A DNA stretch of 64,000 bases from Bacteroidota bacterium (GTDB lineage: Bacteria > Bacteroidota > Bacteroidia > NS11-12g > UBA955), in contig JABMMZ010000078.1 in NCBI GenBank assembly GCA_013205405.1, positions 2,616 through 66,615 on the forward strand, given 5' to 3'. The stretch's first letter is position 1. Each line of letters starts with the position of its first letter. The notes below the pieces were generated by a model, which saw nothing but the letters and a program-made list of their open reading frames with translations, ran no database searches and was not told the origin of the DNA. This document shows positions 61,560-64,000 of this stretch, piece by piece. The position numbers and the translations under genes were made by a program.

Positions 61560-62582
61560 CTAATATAAATTTTCCTTTTTCAAAAATTCAATCAATCCTT
61601 TGAAATAAACTGCTTGGTCATCGTACATGCACATGTGGCTGCCATTGGGGCATAATAAAAATTGTGCGTTTGGCATTTGAGTACTCATCCATTTCATATA
61701 TTCAGGGTCCATGGTATCATACTTTGCGCCTATCACCAATGCAGATACATTGATGTTTTTTAATTCTTTACTTACATCCCAATTTGTTAATTTACCAGCA
61801 ATACCAAACTCGCTTGGCCCTTGCATTATAGTATATAATGAATTATTAATTTTATTAAATGAACGTTTTACAGGTTCTGGATATTGTGGTAATCTACAAA
61901 TATGTTGCGAATAAAAATACTTCTCTAGAATAGGCATATAACGGGAATTTTTAAAGTCGCCCTTTTTTTCCATAACCCGAATGCTATCTAATATTTCGGG
62001 ATTCATTTGTTTAGACAGAACATCATTGGCATATTGGCCATATTTGAGACAATTAGCCATCATATTAGATATAATTAAACCTTTAATATTTTCTTGGTAT
62101 TTTAAGGCGTATTGCATAGCTAAAACACCTCCCCATGAGTGTCCGAGTAAATAAAAATTCTGCTTATTAAGTTTTAATGCTATTCTTACCTGCTCAAGTT
62201 CTTCTACATATCTTGGTAAACTGTAAAATGAAGTATCGTTTGGATTATCAGAATTACCACTAGCTAATTGATCGTAATAAATAAATTCAATACCTTCTTT
62301 TGGAAAAAAACTTTCAAAACATTCAAAATATTCATGCGTACAACCAGGACCACCATTTAAAAGAAGTACTTTTATTTTAGGGTTATTTCCTATGCGCTTG
62401 GTCCAAACTTTATATTTTCCCTTGGGTGTTTCTATATCTATCATTTTAATTCCACCTGTTTGAATGCCTGTATCTTGCAATTCAAAATAATTATTGGAAA
62501 TATCAGTTTGTTTTTTAGCATTGGAATTGCAGGCCAATAGAAAAATAAATAAACTAAAATGTGTAAGAGATTTAATATTCAT
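61560..62582 (-). CDS. Proline iminopeptidase (S33 alpha/beta hydrolase), lipoprotein
   Basis: LLNGGPGCTHEY (GGPG motif), LLGHSWGGVLAMQYAL (GxSxG), lipobox LLACNS. Confidence 0.8.
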   Translation of the reverse strand: MNIKSLTHFSLFIFLLACNSNAKKQTDISNNYFELQDTGIQTGGIKMIDIETPKGKYKVWTKRIGNNPKIKVLLLNGGPGCTHEYFECFESFFPKEGIEFIYYDQLASGNSDNPNDTSFYSLPRYVEELEQVRIALKLNKQNFYLLGHSWGGVLAMQYALKYQENIKGLIISNMMANCLKYGQYANDVLSKQMNPEILDSIRVMEKKGDFKNSRYMPILEKYFYSQHICRLPQYPEPVKRSFNKINNSLYTIMQGPSEFGIAGKLTNWDVSKELKNINVSALVIGAKYDTMDPEYMKWMSTQMPNAQFLLCPNGSHMCMYDDQAVYFKGLIEFLKKENLY

Positions 62583-62605
62583 GCCTTCAAAGATAACTAT
62601 AGAAA

Positions 62606-63310
62606 TTAATAGTAAATTTTCAATAGTATACTTTTATCTGATTGATCAATGTATTTTTCAAGAGTATTAAAAAATAATTTATTTACCATAGGGCAACCTA
62701 AGCTATTGCAAATAGAAGTATTTTGTTCATAGAAAGGAACACTCTCAAAATGATGCAGTACAATATTTCTTTCAAAAGCCTTATTATTAGTTTTGTCTAA
62801 TCCTATTAGCTTAAAAGCCTTACCAAATTGCCCAATGTATGAATAATCAATACTGTATTTTCCTAAAGAGGTGGCATTAGAATTTGGAATATTGCTAAAC
62901 ATCAATTGATCTTCATTATCTGTTTCAGAGCCGCAACCATGGGCTACTAATCCCTTTTCTAAAACTTTATTATTTAATAAATCAAATATGTAAAATCTAT
63001 TTTTACCCGACATTATTTTCATATCAATAAGAAAAACAATCTTATTATTATAGTTAGAATATTGACTAATAAACTGTTTTAACGAATCGATATGTTTTTG
63101 AAATTTTTGATTATTTTTCTGAACACGAACAATACTTTCATTTGGCCTATTAAAAAAAGGAGTATAGGTTTTATTAGGTTGGTATTTTATATAATAAAAT
63201 AGGCCAGAAACTAGAATCATTAATAAAAATAGAACAAGTAATAATAGTAGCTTTTTTTTCATTAACGTACAAAAATACGAATACAAAATTACAACTTTTT
63301 TTTGCGCCAT
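62606..63310 (-). CDS. L,D-transpeptidase catalytic-domain protein (YkuD_2 family)
   Basis: NRFYIFDLLNNKVLEKGLVAHGCGS...LGCPMVN...ILLKIYY resembles YkuD_2 consensus. Start may be the internal Met (63262). Confidence 0.65.
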   Translation of the reverse strand: MAQKKVVILYSYFCTLMKKKLLLLLVLFLLMILVSGLFYYIKYQPNKTYTPFFNRPNESIVRVQKNNQKFQKHIDSLKQFISQYSNYNNKIVFLIDMKIMSGKNRFYIFDLLNNKVLEKGLVAHGCGSETDNEDQLMFSNIPNSNATSLGKYSIDYSYIGQFGKAFKLIGLDKTNNKAFERNIVLHHFESVPFYEQNTSICNSLGCPMVNKLFFNTLEKYIDQSDKSILLKIYY

Positions 63311-63403
63311 TTTCCCTTTGGTATCATTAATTTTATTTTGAAATAGAAACTTATTAATTTACAATAATCAAAAAAAAGTATTTGCTTTGCACTAATTATA
63401 AAT

Positions 63404-64000
63404 ATGCTTACCAAAGAACAAATAGCCAATCGTATTGCGCAAGAATTAAAGGATGGATTTTATGTTAATTTAGGCATTGGCATTCCAACGTTGGTAGCCA
63501 ATTATATTCCTGAAGGTATTGAGGTAGTTTTACAATCTGAAAATGGCTTATTAGGCATGGGTCCTTTCCCTTTTGAAGGGGAGGAAAAATACAGATTTAA
63601 TAAATGCTGGTAAACAAACAATTACCACTGTTGCAGGCTCTGCTTTTTTTGATAGTGCACTAAGTTTTGGCATGATACGCGCAGGCAAAGTAGATTTAAC
63701 TGTTTTAGGCGCAATGGAAGTAAATGATAGAGGTGATATTGCCAATTGGAAAATTCCTGGCAAAATGGTAAAAGGTATGGGTGGCGCTATGGATTTAGTA
63801 GCTAGTGCTAAAAACATAATTGTAGCTATGCAGCATGTAAACAAAGCAGGCGAAAGTAAATTATTAAAAGAATGCTCATTGCCTATTACGGGCATTGGTT
63901 GTGTCAAAAAGGTGGTAACAGAATTGGGTGTTTTTAATATCAATGAAAATGGCTTTGAACTAATAGAAATTGCACCAAATGTAACTGTAGAAGATATAAA
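63404..64000 (+). pseudogene. scoB: Succinyl-CoA:3-ketoacid CoA-transferase subunit B, frameshifted (+1) near 63585-63595 at an A5 run; continues past window end
   Basis: Frame 1: [61 protein letters not shown], then KYRFNKCW* instead of [11 protein letters not shown]. Frame +1 continues [69 protein letters not shown]... Confidence 0.6.

Noticed and set aside
1-64000. Scan for tRNA, rRNA, transposases, integrases and phage genes.
   Set aside because: No T-arm (GTTCGAATC-like) or cloverleaf candidates seen in intergenic regions. No DDE transposase or tyrosine recombinase motifs, and no terminal inverted repeats flanking gene blocks.

Overview
AT-rich window (roughly 30-33% GC by eye) from a Bacteroidota chromosome, likely Flavobacteriia, Cytophagia or Sphingobacteriia, given many type IX secretion (T9SS) C-terminal sorting domains and 'gliding motility-associated' type B CTDs. 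Housekeeping content: GH3 beta-hexosaminidase (partial), enoyl-CoA hydratase, LysE exporter, fabD, gpmI, rpmE, dnaG, a front-end type fatty-acid desaturase, queA, the mreB-mreC-mreD-mrdA-rodA operon, a TetR regulator, purH, a GT9 heptosyltransferase, a cyclase-family protein, a histidine kinase, two MBL-fold hydrolases, an NPD/FMN oxidoreductase, proline iminopeptidase, a YkuD_2 L,D-transpeptidase and scoB (partial). Accessory content is dominated by secreted surface proteins. There are six T9SS cargo proteins: two giant type B CTD proteins built from the same Cys-bracketed repeat module, and four type A CTD proteins. Two paralogous M4 (thermolysin-like) metalloproteases carry different T9SS CTD types; the larger is a 1742-aa protease-adhesin chimera. 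Adjacent paralogous secreted proteins share a WCGxC motif. A TonB_C-like protein has inverted topology. Several genes look disrupted: an M16 peptidase with an in-frame TAA exactly at the catalytic Glu of HxxEH; scoB and a spermidine-synthase-like gene frameshifted at homopolymers; and an alpha/beta-hydrolase relic. No tRNA, rRNA, CRISPR array, transposase or integrase was recognised. Five clear Rho-independent terminators, a triple 12-bp palindrome in the gpmI promoter and an ~80-nt structured hairpin (candidate ncRNA) are noted. All functional calls come from motif recognition by eye and need confirmation by HMM/BLAST searches.
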